Assembly (NCBI GenBank): GCA_037131245.1
Contig: JBAXRK010000002.1
Coordinates: 116,227 to 180,226, forward strand
DNA length: 64,000 nt
Direction of reading: 5' to 3'
Origin: Candidatus Omnitrophota bacterium
GTDB taxonomy: Bacteria > Omnitrophota > Gorgyraeia > Zapsychrales > Fredricksoniimonadaceae
Position numbers and translations under genes: made by a program. Below the pieces are notes generated by a model, which was given only the letters and a program-made list of their open reading frames with translations, did no database searches and was not told the origin of the DNA. This document shows positions 54,298 to 63,584 of the stretch, in pieces (within the stretch, counting starts at the first letter, position 1; every line of letters starts with the position of its first letter).

Positions 54298-54599
54298 CGA
54301 CCGTCCGGCCCGGTAAGCGATTGAATATGGTCAGCCAGTGAGGCAATGGTCTGAAAAGAATTATCCGAGCCACTAACAAGCGATACGTCCACCAGGCTGA
54401 CGGAGCGGTGAAGCTGTTGCTCGACTTTTTGTTCAACGGCCACGATGAGCAGGGTGAGTGTTAAGGAATCGATAACGCCCGCGGGACCGTAGAGCGGCGC
54501 GTTCTCGTCGGCGCTGATCTTCCGGTCGCGGGGCAGCGTCTCATTGATATCGCTGATAGCGGCTTTGATGGCGACGGTTATCTGGTCTCTGTCAGGCAT
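54294..54599 (-). CDS. Acyl carrier protein (stand-alone)
   Basis: GVIDSLTLTLLIVAVEQ is a DSL phosphopantetheine-attachment motif in a ~100-aa helical protein. ATGA overlap with the FkbH-like gene. Confidence 0.75.
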   Translation of the reverse strand: MPDRDQITVAIKAAISDINETLPRDRKISADENAPLYGPAGVIDSLTLTLLIVAVEQKVEQQLHRSVSLVDVSLVSGSDNSFQTIASLADHIQSLTGPDGR

Positions 54600-54783
54600 A
54601 AGTAAAAATTATAGGGTAGTTAGGGTGGATGTCAAACGCTTTCAGACGCGGGAAGGGGCGCGGCGCTGATTTGTAAAATTATCAATGATTTTAAAAATAT
54701 GCAATTTTGTTTGTCGGATGCGCTAATGAAAAATATAATGACATTGTCGTTATTATTCATGTTCAGGGACAGAAAGGGACCCG

Positions 54784-55938
54784 ATGAACAAATCATTTAT
54801 TCTATTTCTGGCTTTGATCATTTATCCGCTGGCAGCTTTTGCGATGCCTGCTGATGACAGGCGTCAGGGCACGATCGATCGTACGATGACGCTGGTGGAA
54901 GCTTCATTGGAGCGGGCTCCTTACGCAGAGGTGGCCGTAGAGCCTGAAACTCAGGCGGTGGTGATGCCGATTGAGATCGCGCCGCGGCAGGAAGAAGCGC
55001 CGGTTGTGACCGATCGTCCGGTGTGGGAGCGCCGCCATAATAATGAGCTGGCTTTCTCGATGGGCACGTATCTTTTTGAAACAGGAGATAAATGGCCTCT
55101 AAGGTATTCATTGTTGTATGCTGAGTCGGATAAAGTGGAAAAGAACGGAGCGATGTTCGGGATCTATGGTGCCAAGACTTGGAGGATATCGGAGCCGTTG
55201 CGCCATGCGGGAGACATTTGGCGGATATCGCCTTTGCCGAATGTTGTGAGGTTTGAAGCTGAGTTCCTGATGGGGAAGGTTGATTATTCTTCTTATGCGA
55301 CGGGGAAACGCGAAGGCTTTGATGTTCAGGATATCGACGCGCGCTTGCTATTCGGCTATGATTACGTGTGGAGTGACACAACAATGATCACACCCTACAT
55401 CGGGGTTGGCTGGCGCCGGGTCTCCGATACGACGGGAGGCTGGGTTGATTTTATCGCCCGGGCGTACGAGCCATTTAAAACGGAGACCAGTTTCTTGTAT
55501 ATTCCGGTCGGGATCGAAACGCTGACGCAGGTGAGCAAGCAATGGGATATTCATTTCAAATTCGAGGGCAGCCTGGTGGCAGGCGGAGCAACAACAATTT
55601 TTTTAAATGACATACCGGGCTTATATACGATCCATGATGTTGACGCCAATCAGGATGTTCAGGGAGTGTTCCAGAAATCAACCTCTGACCTTAAGGGAGG
55701 TTTTGGCTTAAGGACATCGTGCAAATTGATCAGGAAGTATAGTGCGTTCGATCTTTTTCTCGAGCCATATTTCAAGGCCTGGCACCTGAAAAAGAGTGAA
55801 GCGATGCAGGCGCATTTCCGGGGGAATAATAATAAAGACTATGTATCGGTCTATGATGATGGCAGCACGTATAAGCCTGTTTGGATGCCGCAAAATGTCA
55901 CGGCATCTTTTGGTTTGCGCATGGGCATGCAGTTTTAG
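54784..55938 (+). CDS. Outer-membrane beta-barrel protein (family not recognised)
   Basis: Signal MNKSFILFLALIIYPLAAFA|MP. Alternating strand pattern and a terminal ...GLRMGMQF. Confidence 0.6.
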   Translation: MNKSFILFLALIIYPLAAFAMPADDRRQGTIDRTMTLVEASLERAPYAEVAVEPETQAVVMPIEIAPRQEEAPVVTDRPVWERRHNNELAFSMGTYLFETGDKWPLRYSLLYAESDKVEKNGAMFGIYGAKTWRISEPLRHAGDIWRISPLPNVVRFEAEFLMGKVDYSSYATGKREGFDVQDIDARLLFGYDYVWSDTTMITPYIGVGWRRVSDTTGGWVDFIARAYEPFKTETSFLYIPVGIETLTQVSKQWDIHFKFEGSLVAGGATTIFLNDIPGLYTIHDVDANQDVQGVFQKSTSDLKGGFGLRTSCKLIRKYSAFDLFLEPYFKAWHLKKSEAMQAHFRGNNNKDYVSVYDDGSTYKPVWMPQNVTASFGLRMGMQF

Positions 55939-55980
55939 AAATAAGATCGTGATGAGCAGTGATCATAACGGAGGATGGAT

Positions 55981-56463
55981 ATGAAAAAGTTTCTAGCGGG
56001 AGCTTTAATGTTTATTTATGCGATGATGGCCGGTAGCGGTGTGCCGACGGTATATGCCCAGGAAACCAAGACGGGTGAAGGCGCTCTGGTCGGTGGTTTA
56101 TTGGGCGCGGTGGCCGGTGGTGTTATCGGCAAGCAGAGCCATAAGACCACGCAGGGGGCTTTGATCGGCGGCGCGGTGGGCGCTTTAGGCGGGGCCGCGG
56201 TGGGCTCGCAGATGAAAAGTGCCCCGGCTTCGACGGCAACAACCACGACAGCCGCGCAGCCGGCCGTGGTGTCTTCATCCGCGGCATCGAAAGTTACGAT
56301 GAAGCAGATCATTTACTGGACCGAGCAGGGTTTACCCAGCGATGAGATCATCGCGCGGATCCAGAAGGCCAAGGCCACGTTCGCGCTTACCCAGGACGAT
56401 ATTGATTACCTGCAGAAACAGGGTGTGAGCCAGCGGGTTATTGAGGCGATGCAGGCTCCCTAA
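55981..56463 (+). CDS. Glycine-zipper surface/periplasmic protein with a small helical C-terminal domain
   Basis: GGAGG lies 6 nt before ATG 55981; the track ATG 55975 abuts the SD. Signal peptide, then GALVGGLLGAVAGGVIG...GALIGGAVGALGGAAVG glycine zippers. Confidence 0.7.
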   Translation: MKKFLAGALMFIYAMMAGSGVPTVYAQETKTGEGALVGGLLGAVAGGVIGKQSHKTTQGALIGGAVGALGGAAVGSQMKSAPASTATTTTAAQPAVVSSSAASKVTMKQIIYWTEQGLPSDEIIARIQKAKATFALTQDDIDYLQKQGVSQRVIEAMQAP

Positions 56464-56498
56464 AGCACGGTACGTTGGTTGTTGTCAGGCGCGATATT

Positions 56499-56537
56499 CA
56501 GGGCACATTGAATAATTCAATGTGCCCTGTCTTTTTG
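56499..56537 (+). terminator. Rho-independent terminator
   Basis: 14-bp perfect stem CAGGGCACATTGAA / TTCAATGTGCCCTG with loop TAAT, followed by TCTTTTT. Confidence 0.85.
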
Positions 56538-56599
56538 TGCTAGAATTAAAAATTTCACTTTAGGCATATTTCTTAGGCATATTTCGGGGACGGGCGTTC

Positions 56600-59500
56600 A
56601 TGGCATTAACATTTCAACAGGTTAAGAAGTTCGCCGGCGCTGTCACGTATGACCGCGGTGAAGAATATTATCGCGCCGGGCTGGTGCGTTCGCTTATTTG
56701 GGAGGGTCCCTATGTAAAGGCCGAGGTGACCGGTTCGCGCCGGCGGCCCTACCAGGTGACAGCGTCTTTTACCCGCGGGGCACCGGCGATCCGCTGCACC
56801 TGCCCGTCTGATCTTGGCGGGATGTGTAAGCACGGCGTCGCGGTCTTGCTTTACTTGATCGATCATGGCGAGCCTTGTACTTCGGATGAACCGGAAGCCG
56901 TGGATGTTGAAGCGCCGGAGGAAAGTGGGTCCGACCTTAAAGATTTTCTTCTTTCGTCTGACGATGCGCCGCACTTGCGGTTAGGCTTGACGTTAAAAAG
57001 CCTTCAAACCGCTTCCCCGCGGGGGATCGTCTTTAGCCTGTCCGTTATGCATCGCGGTAAAGCGCGGAAGGTGACGGACCTGGAGCAGTTGCTTTCACCC
57101 GACCGGTTAGGCCCCGAAGAACCGTTCCCGTCCTTATCTGCGTTTAATTTTGGCCAGGAGAATTTCCTGACCATGTTGCGTGGCTTTATTTCTGCTGCCG
57201 GCGAAAGTCACCCGCGTGCTCATTGGCGTGTCGCGCCGTATCAGTTGGCGATCCTTTTGGAACATATCAGCCGGTCTTCGGGCATTGATATCGTGGATAT
57301 TAAGACCCATCAGAAGATCGTTTTCCGGCAGGATCCCGTGATCAACCTTAAGGTTTCGATCCGCTCGGTATCAAAAAAGAAGATCGCGGTTGTGGCGAAC
57401 CTGGCCGACGCGCTGCGCCCGGAGTTCCATGTTGACTTGGCGAATATCTTTGCCGGCAGCCGATCGTGGGTTTTTGACCCGATGGCCCTGGCTTTTCGCG
57501 CGTTGGACCCGCGGGTCGACCATCGCTTCCTGGGGTATTTTTTGAATAATGAGCAGATCCTTGATGAGGAGGAGCGCCGGCACTTTATTGTCGGCGTCTT
57601 ACCCACCCTAAAAGAGTTCGCTGATATCACCTATGATGACCCGAAGGCCTATGATCTGCGTGTCGAGCGCCCGGAGCTTAAGGTGCGTTATGAAGTTGAT
57701 GCGGTGCGGGGAGAATTGGCGGTGGCGCTTGTGTTCATGTACGGCACGGAGCGGTTGAATTACGCCGATCGCGGGCGTGAAACGTTCATGGAGCGGGTCG
57801 TTGACGGTGCCGGCGTTCTTTTACGCCGTGACATCGCCAGGGAGGATGCGCTTGCGCAGGAGTTGTCCGTTCGTTACGGCCTGGCGATGGACGCTCGGGA
57901 AGGGCGTTTTGTTGTCAGTTCGGCCGAGGGCATGTTTGAACTTTTGTCTTCCCATATTCATGTGATGGCGCAAAGCGGCGAGGTTTACTTATCTGAAAAA
58001 GCCAGGAAGCTTTATCAGCCCGAGGCCATGATTGCACCGAAGGTGCAGATATCCGGTTCAGGCATTGATTGGTTCGCTTATGACATCAGTTTCAGCCGCG
58101 GTGGCGAGACGATCGATATCCCGCTCAAGGTGGTAGAAGAGCATCTGGCTGCCAATCGTAAATTCGTGCGTTTAAAGTCCGGCGAGTTTGTCCGTCTTGA
58201 TGCGGAGGCCTTTGGGCGCGTTACCGGATTGCTTGACTATCAGCAGAATAAAGGCCGTTTGATGACGGCGAATATCCCGTTCATGCTTGATGAGCTTAAA
58301 GCGTCCGGGATAGCGGTTGAGGTTGATCCGGCTGTTCAGAAACTTTATGATGAGCTTAAAGGCTTCAAGGGGATCGATGCGGCGGCGATACCATCCTTGC
58401 TTGAACCTGTTCTGCGTGATTATCAGCGCCATGGTGTCAGCTGGATGGCCTTTCTTAATAAATTCCGTTTCGGTGGCATCCTGGCCGATGAAATGGGTTT
58501 GGGTAAGACGGTCCAGGCGCTGGCTATGATCCAGCGTGATATCGAGGCCGGTTGCACGTTGCCATCACTGGTGGTTTGCCCAACGACGCTGGTATGGAAC
58601 TGGGAGGCCGAGATCCGCAAGTTCCTCCCCGGGCTCAAGACGCTGGTTGTTAGCGGTAAAGATCGACGGGCGCAGGTTGAACAAGTGCCGACGGCGGCGG
58701 TGGTTATTACTTCTTACGCGCTCTTGCGACGGGATATCGAGCAATATCATCAGCATCAATTCCATTATCTGATCCTGGATGAAGCGCAGAACATCAAGAA
58801 CCGCCATACGATCAGCGCGCGCGTGACCAAACAGCTCAATGCCGATCATCGCCTGGCGCTGACGGGCACACCGCTTGAGAACAGCGTGGCGGATATCTGG
58901 TCTATTTTTGATTTTTTAATGCCTTCCTTCCTTGGGGAATATGAGCGTTTCCGTGAGGTCTATGAGGTCCCGATCACACTGGAACAGAACTCCGATAAGC
59001 TTCGTGAATTGTCCCGCCGTATTTCGCCGTTCGTTTTCCGCCGGATGAAGCAGGATGTTATTAAAGAGCTGCCGGAGAAGATCGAGCAGACCTCTTATTG
59101 CGAGCTCGAACCCGCCCAGGCGAAGATCTACGCTTCGATGGCGGATAAGGCCCGTGTTGAAGCGGTAAAAGCGTTTAAGACCAAGGGATTGTCGGGTAGC
59201 CGCATGTTGATCCTGACGCTTATCTTGCGCCTGAGGCAGATCTGTTGTCATCCGGAGTTGGCGGGGTTGCGCCTCAAGCACCGGATCGGTATATCGGCCA
59301 AAACCGACTTGCTCAAAGAAATGCTTGCTGAAACGTTATCGGCGGGGCATCGGGTGCTGATCTTCAGCCAGTTTGTCGGGATGCTGGATATTATTCGTGA
59401 TCATTTGACCCGCGAGAAGATCGTTTTTGAATATATGGACGGCAAGACCAAGGACCGGCAGAAGAGGGTGGAGCACTTCAACAGCGACCCCTCGGTGCAA

Positions 59501-59812
59501 GTGTTCTTGTTGAGTCTTAAGACCGGTGGCTTGGGCTTGAATTTAACTTCGGCGGACACGGTCATTCTTTACGAGCCGTGGTGGAATCCGGCCGTTGAAC
59601 AGCAGGCGATCGACCGGACGCACCGTATCGGGCAGAAGCGGCCGGTGGTGGCGTATCATTTGATCGCGCGCGGCACGATCGAAGAGAAGATCCTGCAGTT
59701 GCAGGAGCGCAAGAAATTCCTGATGAGCTCGCTGGTTCTTTCCGATGAGGGTATTGCCAAGACGCTGGGTTGGGACGATATGAAATTTCTGCTGGATATC
59801 AAAGAAGGTTAG
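56600..59812 (+). CDS. SNF2-family helicase with an N-terminal SWIM zinc finger
   Basis: SWIM motif CTCPSDLGGMCKH. Helicase motifs LADEMGLGKT, ILDEAQNIKN, LIFSQF, and QAIDRTHRIGQ. Confidence 0.9.
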   Translation: MALTFQQVKKFAGAVTYDRGEEYYRAGLVRSLIWEGPYVKAEVTGSRRRPYQVTASFTRGAPAIRCTCPSDLGGMCKHGVAVLLYLIDHGEPCTSDEPEAVDVEAPEESGSDLKDFLLSSDDAPHLRLGLTLKSLQTASPRGIVFSLSVMHRGKARKVTDLEQLLSPDRLGPEEPFPSLSAFNFGQENFLTMLRGFISAAGESHPRAHWRVAPYQLAILLEHISRSSGIDIVDIKTHQKIVFRQDPVINLKVSIRSVSKKKIAVVANLADALRPEFHVDLANIFAGSRSWVFDPMALAFRALDPRVDHRFLGYFLNNEQILDEEERRHFIVGVLPTLKEFADITYDDPKAYDLRVERPELKVRYEVDAVRGELAVALVFMYGTERLNYADRGRETFMERVVDGAGVLLRRDIAREDALAQELSVRYGLAMDAREGRFVVSSAEGMFELLSSHIHVMAQSGEVYLSEKARKLYQPEAMIAPKVQISGSGIDWFAYDISFSRGGETIDIPLKVVEEHLAANRKFVRLKSGEFVRLDAEAFGRVTGLLDYQQNKGRLMTANIPFMLDELKASGIAVEVDPAVQKLYDELKGFKGIDAAAIPSLLEPVLRDYQRHGVSWMAFLNKFRFGGILADEMGLGKTVQALAMIQRDIEAGCTLPSLVVCPTTLVWNWEAEIRKFLPGLKTLVVSGKDRRAQVEQVPTAAVVITSYALLRRDIEQYHQHQFHYLILDEAQNIKNRHTISARVTKQLNADHRLALTGTPLENSVADIWSIFDFLMPSFLGEYERFREVYEVPITLEQNSDKLRELSRRISPFVFRRMKQDVIKELPEKIEQTSYCELEPAQAKIYASMADKARVEAVKAFKTKGLSGSRMLILTLILRLRQICCHPELAGLRLKHRIGISAKTDLLKEMLAETLSAGHRVLIFSQFVGMLDIIRDHLTREKIVFEYMDGKTKDRQKRVEHFNSDPSVQVFLLSLKTGGLGLNLTSADTVILYEPWWNPAVEQQAIDRTHRIGQKRPVVAYHLIARGTIEEKILQLQERKKFLMSSLVLSDEGIAKTLGWDDMKFLLDIKEG

Positions 59813-59813
59813 G

Positions 59814-60515
59814 ATGCTGACGCCCCGGACGAAGATCCCCCGTAAGTATCAGCCGAAAGGTTTTGAGATCATCTATGAAGATGATCATTTGATCGTGGGT
59901 GAGAAGGCGCCGGGTTTACTTACGGTCGGCGCTATGTGGGAACGGGAACATACCGTCCACAATCTTTTGAATCAGTATGTGCGCAAAGGCAACTCTAAGT
60001 CACAGAAGGTTGTTTATGTGGTCCATCGCCTTGACCAGGCGACGTCGGGTCTGCTCATTTTTGCCAAGAGCGAGCGTGTCCAGCAAATGCTTAAAGATAA
60101 CTGGAAGGCTGTTACCAAGACTTATTATACGGTCGTGCATGGGCGGATGCCGCATAAGTCGGGGGAGATCTCCAGCTACCTGGTGGAGGACGAAGATTAT
60201 GTGATGCATTCCACGATGAACAGTGATGAAGGCAAACTGGCGCATACCGCTTATGAGGTCGTCAGGGAATCACCGAAATTTACTCTGCTGAAGATCAATC
60301 TGCTCACCGGTCGAAAAAATCAGATCCGTGTACATTTATCCGATGAGGGCCACCCGGTAGTCGGGGATGATAAGTATGGGCGAGTGGATACAAAACATCC
60401 TCGACTCGCGCTTCATTCCCAGGCGCTCGCTTTTTCCCATCCTTTGACGAAAGCACCGATGGCTTTTGAAACTGAGATCCCCGAATATTTCACGTCTTTA
60501 CTGGGCAGGGCGTAA
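59814..60515 (+). CDS. RluA-family pseudouridine synthase
   Basis: HRLDQATSGLLIFAKS catalytic Asp motif and GRKNQIRVH. Confidence 0.85.
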   Translation: MLTPRTKIPRKYQPKGFEIIYEDDHLIVGEKAPGLLTVGAMWEREHTVHNLLNQYVRKGNSKSQKVVYVVHRLDQATSGLLIFAKSERVQQMLKDNWKAVTKTYYTVVHGRMPHKSGEISSYLVEDEDYVMHSTMNSDEGKLAHTAYEVVRESPKFTLLKINLLTGRKNQIRVHLSDEGHPVVGDDKYGRVDTKHPRLALHSQALAFSHPLTKAPMAFETEIPEYFTSLLGRA

Positions 60516-61195
60516 TGGGTGAAGTGGCTGGTCTGGAATATAAGCTGGTCCGCTCGCGACGACGCACGGTGGCCTTGCTGATATCGCCTGACGCTGTTCT
60601 GACCGTACGTGCTCCCTTACATACGCCTGTTGCGCGGATCGAAGGCTTTATCCGTGAGAAGGCCCGCTGGATCGACCGTAAGATCCAGGAGCAGAAAAGC
60701 CGCCCGTCCGCCGGAGTTAAGCAGTTCGTGGAGGGGGAGCTTTTTCTTTATCTTGGCGCGAGCTGTCCGCTACGGATTTGCGATGACATGAAGGCCTCAT
60801 TTTGTTTTGATGGCTCGTTCCTTCTGAGTTCACGTGAGCAAAGCCGGGCCCGGGAGCTTTTTGTCTGGTGGTATAAGCGTGAAGCCAGGCGTTTTATTAC
60901 AGAGCGCGTCGAGTTTTTCGCCCGAAAGGACGGGTTTCGCTATCAGTCTCTTCGGATCACCAGCGCTCGCCGGCGTTGGGGTTCGTGCACAACGGCCGGA
61001 ACTTTAAGCTTCAGCTGGCGGCTGGTCATGGCACCACTGGATGTGATCGATTATGTTGTTGTTCATGAACTGGCCCACTTGGATCATTGCGACCATTCGC
61101 CGCGGTTTTGGGGGAGGGTCCGTTCGCTTTATTCCGATACCGACCGCTGCCGTGCGTGGCTCAAGAAGAACGGCCCGGCGCTTGATCTGATATGA
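60515..61195 (+). CDS. YgjP-like (DUF45/M48-related) metallopeptidase
   Basis: RRWGSCT... and the VVHELAHLDHCDHSPRFW HExxH motif. Confidence 0.8.
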   Translation: MGEVAGLEYKLVRSRRRTVALLISPDAVLTVRAPLHTPVARIEGFIREKARWIDRKIQEQKSRPSAGVKQFVEGELFLYLGASCPLRICDDMKASFCFDGSFLLSSREQSRARELFVWWYKREARRFITERVEFFARKDGFRYQSLRITSARRRWGSCTTAGTLSFSWRLVMAPLDVIDYVVVHELAHLDHCDHSPRFWGRVRSLYSDTDRCRAWLKKNGPALDLI

Positions 61196-61202
61196 GATCC
61201 GC

Positions 61203-61780
61203 TTAAGGATGGAACCCTATCGGCCCTTTCGGCGGTACTGGGGGAGTTGGCGGCGGATTGAGCATTTCCATGAGCTGTCTGAGCACATTGACGATCGCGA
61301 TTTCATGAATATCCAGGCGATCGGTTAATTTTTTCTCCAGTTTGGTCAATTCTTCAAGTAGCTCCTTCCGCTCAGATAGTAGCGAGCGCATTTTCACAAA
61401 GGCTCGGACGACAAAAACGCTCATTTCAACGGCCCGGGAGCTGTTCAGTGCATTTGCTGTCATAATAGCCCTGTGTTCGGTGAAGGCGTAAGGTAAATAT
61501 CGACGACCACCATATGTCGAACTTGAGGTCACAAATTGTGACCTCAAGTTATAATTTGCTTCTTGGGATGTTAGTTGGAACATGAAATCTTTCGGGAATT
61601 TATTAGCGTTGCGCTTGATCGCTTGATTTAAGACCTTGGTGGGGCACGCCATAGATCCGCGCAAGATCAGCGTCTAGAATCACTCTTTGTCCCCGGATAA
61701 TGCGTATCAGCGGTTCGATCGTTTTAGTAAGTTCAGGTGATTTCTTTGGTTTGGAGATATCTCTTCCCTTGGTTAGCCAT
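61203..61780 (-). pseudogene. ORF6N-domain gene disrupted by frameshifts
   Basis: The downstream part (track ORF 61203..61664) encodes [25 protein letters not shown]...GGRRYLPYAFTEH. The conserved upstream part ...[22 protein letters not shown] lies in another frame. The junction is an extra C in a CCCC run (GGGG at 61641-61644 on the + strand). The only ATG (61780) is in a third frame. Confidence 0.6.
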
Positions 61781-61903
61781 GCTTCTTGGGGGAAGAGCGC
61801 AGGATGGGTAAAGTTTAGAAGGCGGGAGATAAATTGTCAATAGGATATTTGATGATTAGTTAATAATTTATTGTCCGAAGGACAAGTGCGTGGTGTTGGA
61901 GTA

Positions 61904-61940
61904 AATAGGGCTCTGTCCCCTATTATTTTCTTTTCTTTCC
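61904..61940 (+). other. Terminator-like hairpin plus T-tract upstream of ybiT (possible attenuator)
   Basis: AATAGGG (61904-61910) pairs with CCCTATT (61918-61924), followed by ATTTTCTTTTCTTTCC. No + strand gene lies upstream of it. Confidence 0.35.
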
Positions 61941-61949
61941 TGTGACGCG

Positions 61950-61958
61950 TGCTATAAT
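61950..61958 (+). promoter_or_regulatory. Perfect extended -10 (TGcTATAAT) 9 nt upstream of the ybiT ATG
   Basis: TG at 61950-61951, TATAAT at 61953-61958, ATG at 61968. There is no SD in the intervening CCCGCCCTT. Confidence 0.45.
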
Positions 61959-61967
61959 CCCGCCCTT

Positions 61968-63584
61968 ATGATCAATGTTAATAATGTTTCCTTACAATTC
62001 GGCTCACGCAAATTATTCTCGAGCGTTAATATTACGTTCAATCCCGGGAATTGTTATGGGCTCATCGGCGCCAACGGCTCCGGCAAGTCCACCTTCCTCA
62101 AGATCCTTTCCGGTGAGATCGATTCCACCGAGGGTGAGGTTTCTATCACGCCCGGCCAGCGCCTGTCGGTGCTCAAGCAGGATCAGTTTGCCTTCGACGC
62201 TTATACGCCGCTTTTGACAGTTGTCATGGGCCATAAGCGCCTTTTTGATGTGATGAATGAGAAAGACGCTATCTACGCCAAGCCGGATTTTTCTGACGCT
62301 GATGGCATGCGCGCTTCCGAGCTTGAAGGTGAGTTTTCCGATTTGAACGGTTGGACGGCAGAATCTGATGCCGCCAAGTTGTTGAACGATCTTGGGATTC
62401 CAGAAGAGTTGCATTCAGTTCCGATGAAACAGCTGGAGGGTGGTCAGAAAGTCCGTGTTCTTCTGGCGCAGGCTTTGTTCGGCAGTCCTGATATCCTTCT
62501 TCTTGACGAGCCGACGAACCATCTGGACGTTGAAACCTGCTTGTGGCTGGAAGATTTTCTGGCCAAGTTCGAGAACACGGCCATTATCGTTTCCCACGAC
62601 CGCCATTTCCTTGATAATGTTTGCACCATGATCGCCGATATCGACTTCGGCAAGATCAAGCTTTATACCGGGAACTATACGTTCTGGTCGGAGTCCAGCC
62701 AGCTGGCCCTGCGTCAGCGTTCCGAGGATAACAAGAAGAAAGAAGATAAGCGTAAAGAGCTGCAGGAGTTCATCGCGCGGTTCTCAGCCAACTTATCAAA
62801 GTCCAAGCAGGCGACCACCCGCAAGAAGATGCTCGAGAAACTCACGATCGAACAGATCGAGCCGTCATCCAGGAAATATCCTTTTGTTGGATTCGATCAG
62901 GAGCGCGAAGCCGGCAATGACCTTTTGTCTCTCGACGGTCTTTCCAAGCTAGTGAACGGCGAGCCGTTGTTTCCCAAATTGAATATCAATATCGAAAAAG
63001 GTGACAAGGTCGCTTTTGTTGGGCCCAATGACTTGGTCAAGACCACGCTCTTTCAGATCATGATGGGGGAGATGCCGGTTGAGATCGGCTCTTTCAAATG
63101 GGGTGCCTCCACCAAGCGGGCGTATTTTCCCAAGGATAATTCAAAATATTTTGACAGCGATTTGACTATCATCGATTGGCTGCGCCAGTATTCGGACGAT
63201 ACCAGCGAGATGTTCATTCGCGGCTTTTTGGGCAAGATGCTTTTCACGGGTGAGGAATCCCTCAAGAAGGTCAACGTGCTTTCCGGCGGGGAGAAAGTCC
63301 GCTGCATGCTCTCGCGCATGATGCTGCTTAAGCCGAATGTCCTGGTCATGGACGAGCCGACCAATCACTTGGATCTTGAATCCATTTCCGCCTTGAACAA
63401 AGGGATGGAGCGTTTTAAGGGCACGATCCTGTTTTCCTCCCATGACCACACGCTTGTTTCTACTGTGGCTAACCGCATTATCGAGATCACACCCAAAGGG
63501 TGTGTCGACCGTGCCGGATCGACGTTCGATGATTATCTCGCCGATGAGCGTCTTAAAGAGCTCCGTCATCAGCTTTACTCTTGA
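61968..63584 (+). CDS. ybiT: ABC-F family ATPase, YbiT-like
   Basis: Colinear by eye with E. coli YbiT (GLIGANGSGKSTF, LRQDQFAF-like LKQDQFAF, ILLLDEPTNHLD, FVSRFSAN-like FIARFSAN, second ABC domain). The NBD2 Walker A is atypical (GPNDLVKTT). Confidence 0.85.
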   Translation: MINVNNVSLQFGSRKLFSSVNITFNPGNCYGLIGANGSGKSTFLKILSGEIDSTEGEVSITPGQRLSVLKQDQFAFDAYTPLLTVVMGHKRLFDVMNEKDAIYAKPDFSDADGMRASELEGEFSDLNGWTAESDAAKLLNDLGIPEELHSVPMKQLEGGQKVRVLLAQALFGSPDILLLDEPTNHLDVETCLWLEDFLAKFENTAIIVSHDRHFLDNVCTMIADIDFGKIKLYTGNYTFWSESSQLALRQRSEDNKKKEDKRKELQEFIARFSANLSKSKQATTRKKMLEKLTIEQIEPSSRKYPFVGFDQEREAGNDLLSLDGLSKLVNGEPLFPKLNINIEKGDKVAFVGPNDLVKTTLFQIMMGEMPVEIGSFKWGASTKRAYFPKDNSKYFDSDLTIIDWLRQYSDDTSEMFIRGFLGKMLFTGEESLKKVNVLSGGEKVRCMLSRMMLLKPNVLVMDEPTNHLDLESISALNKGMERFKGTILFSSHDHTLVSTVANRIIEITPKGCVDRAGSTFDDYLADERLKELRHQLYS

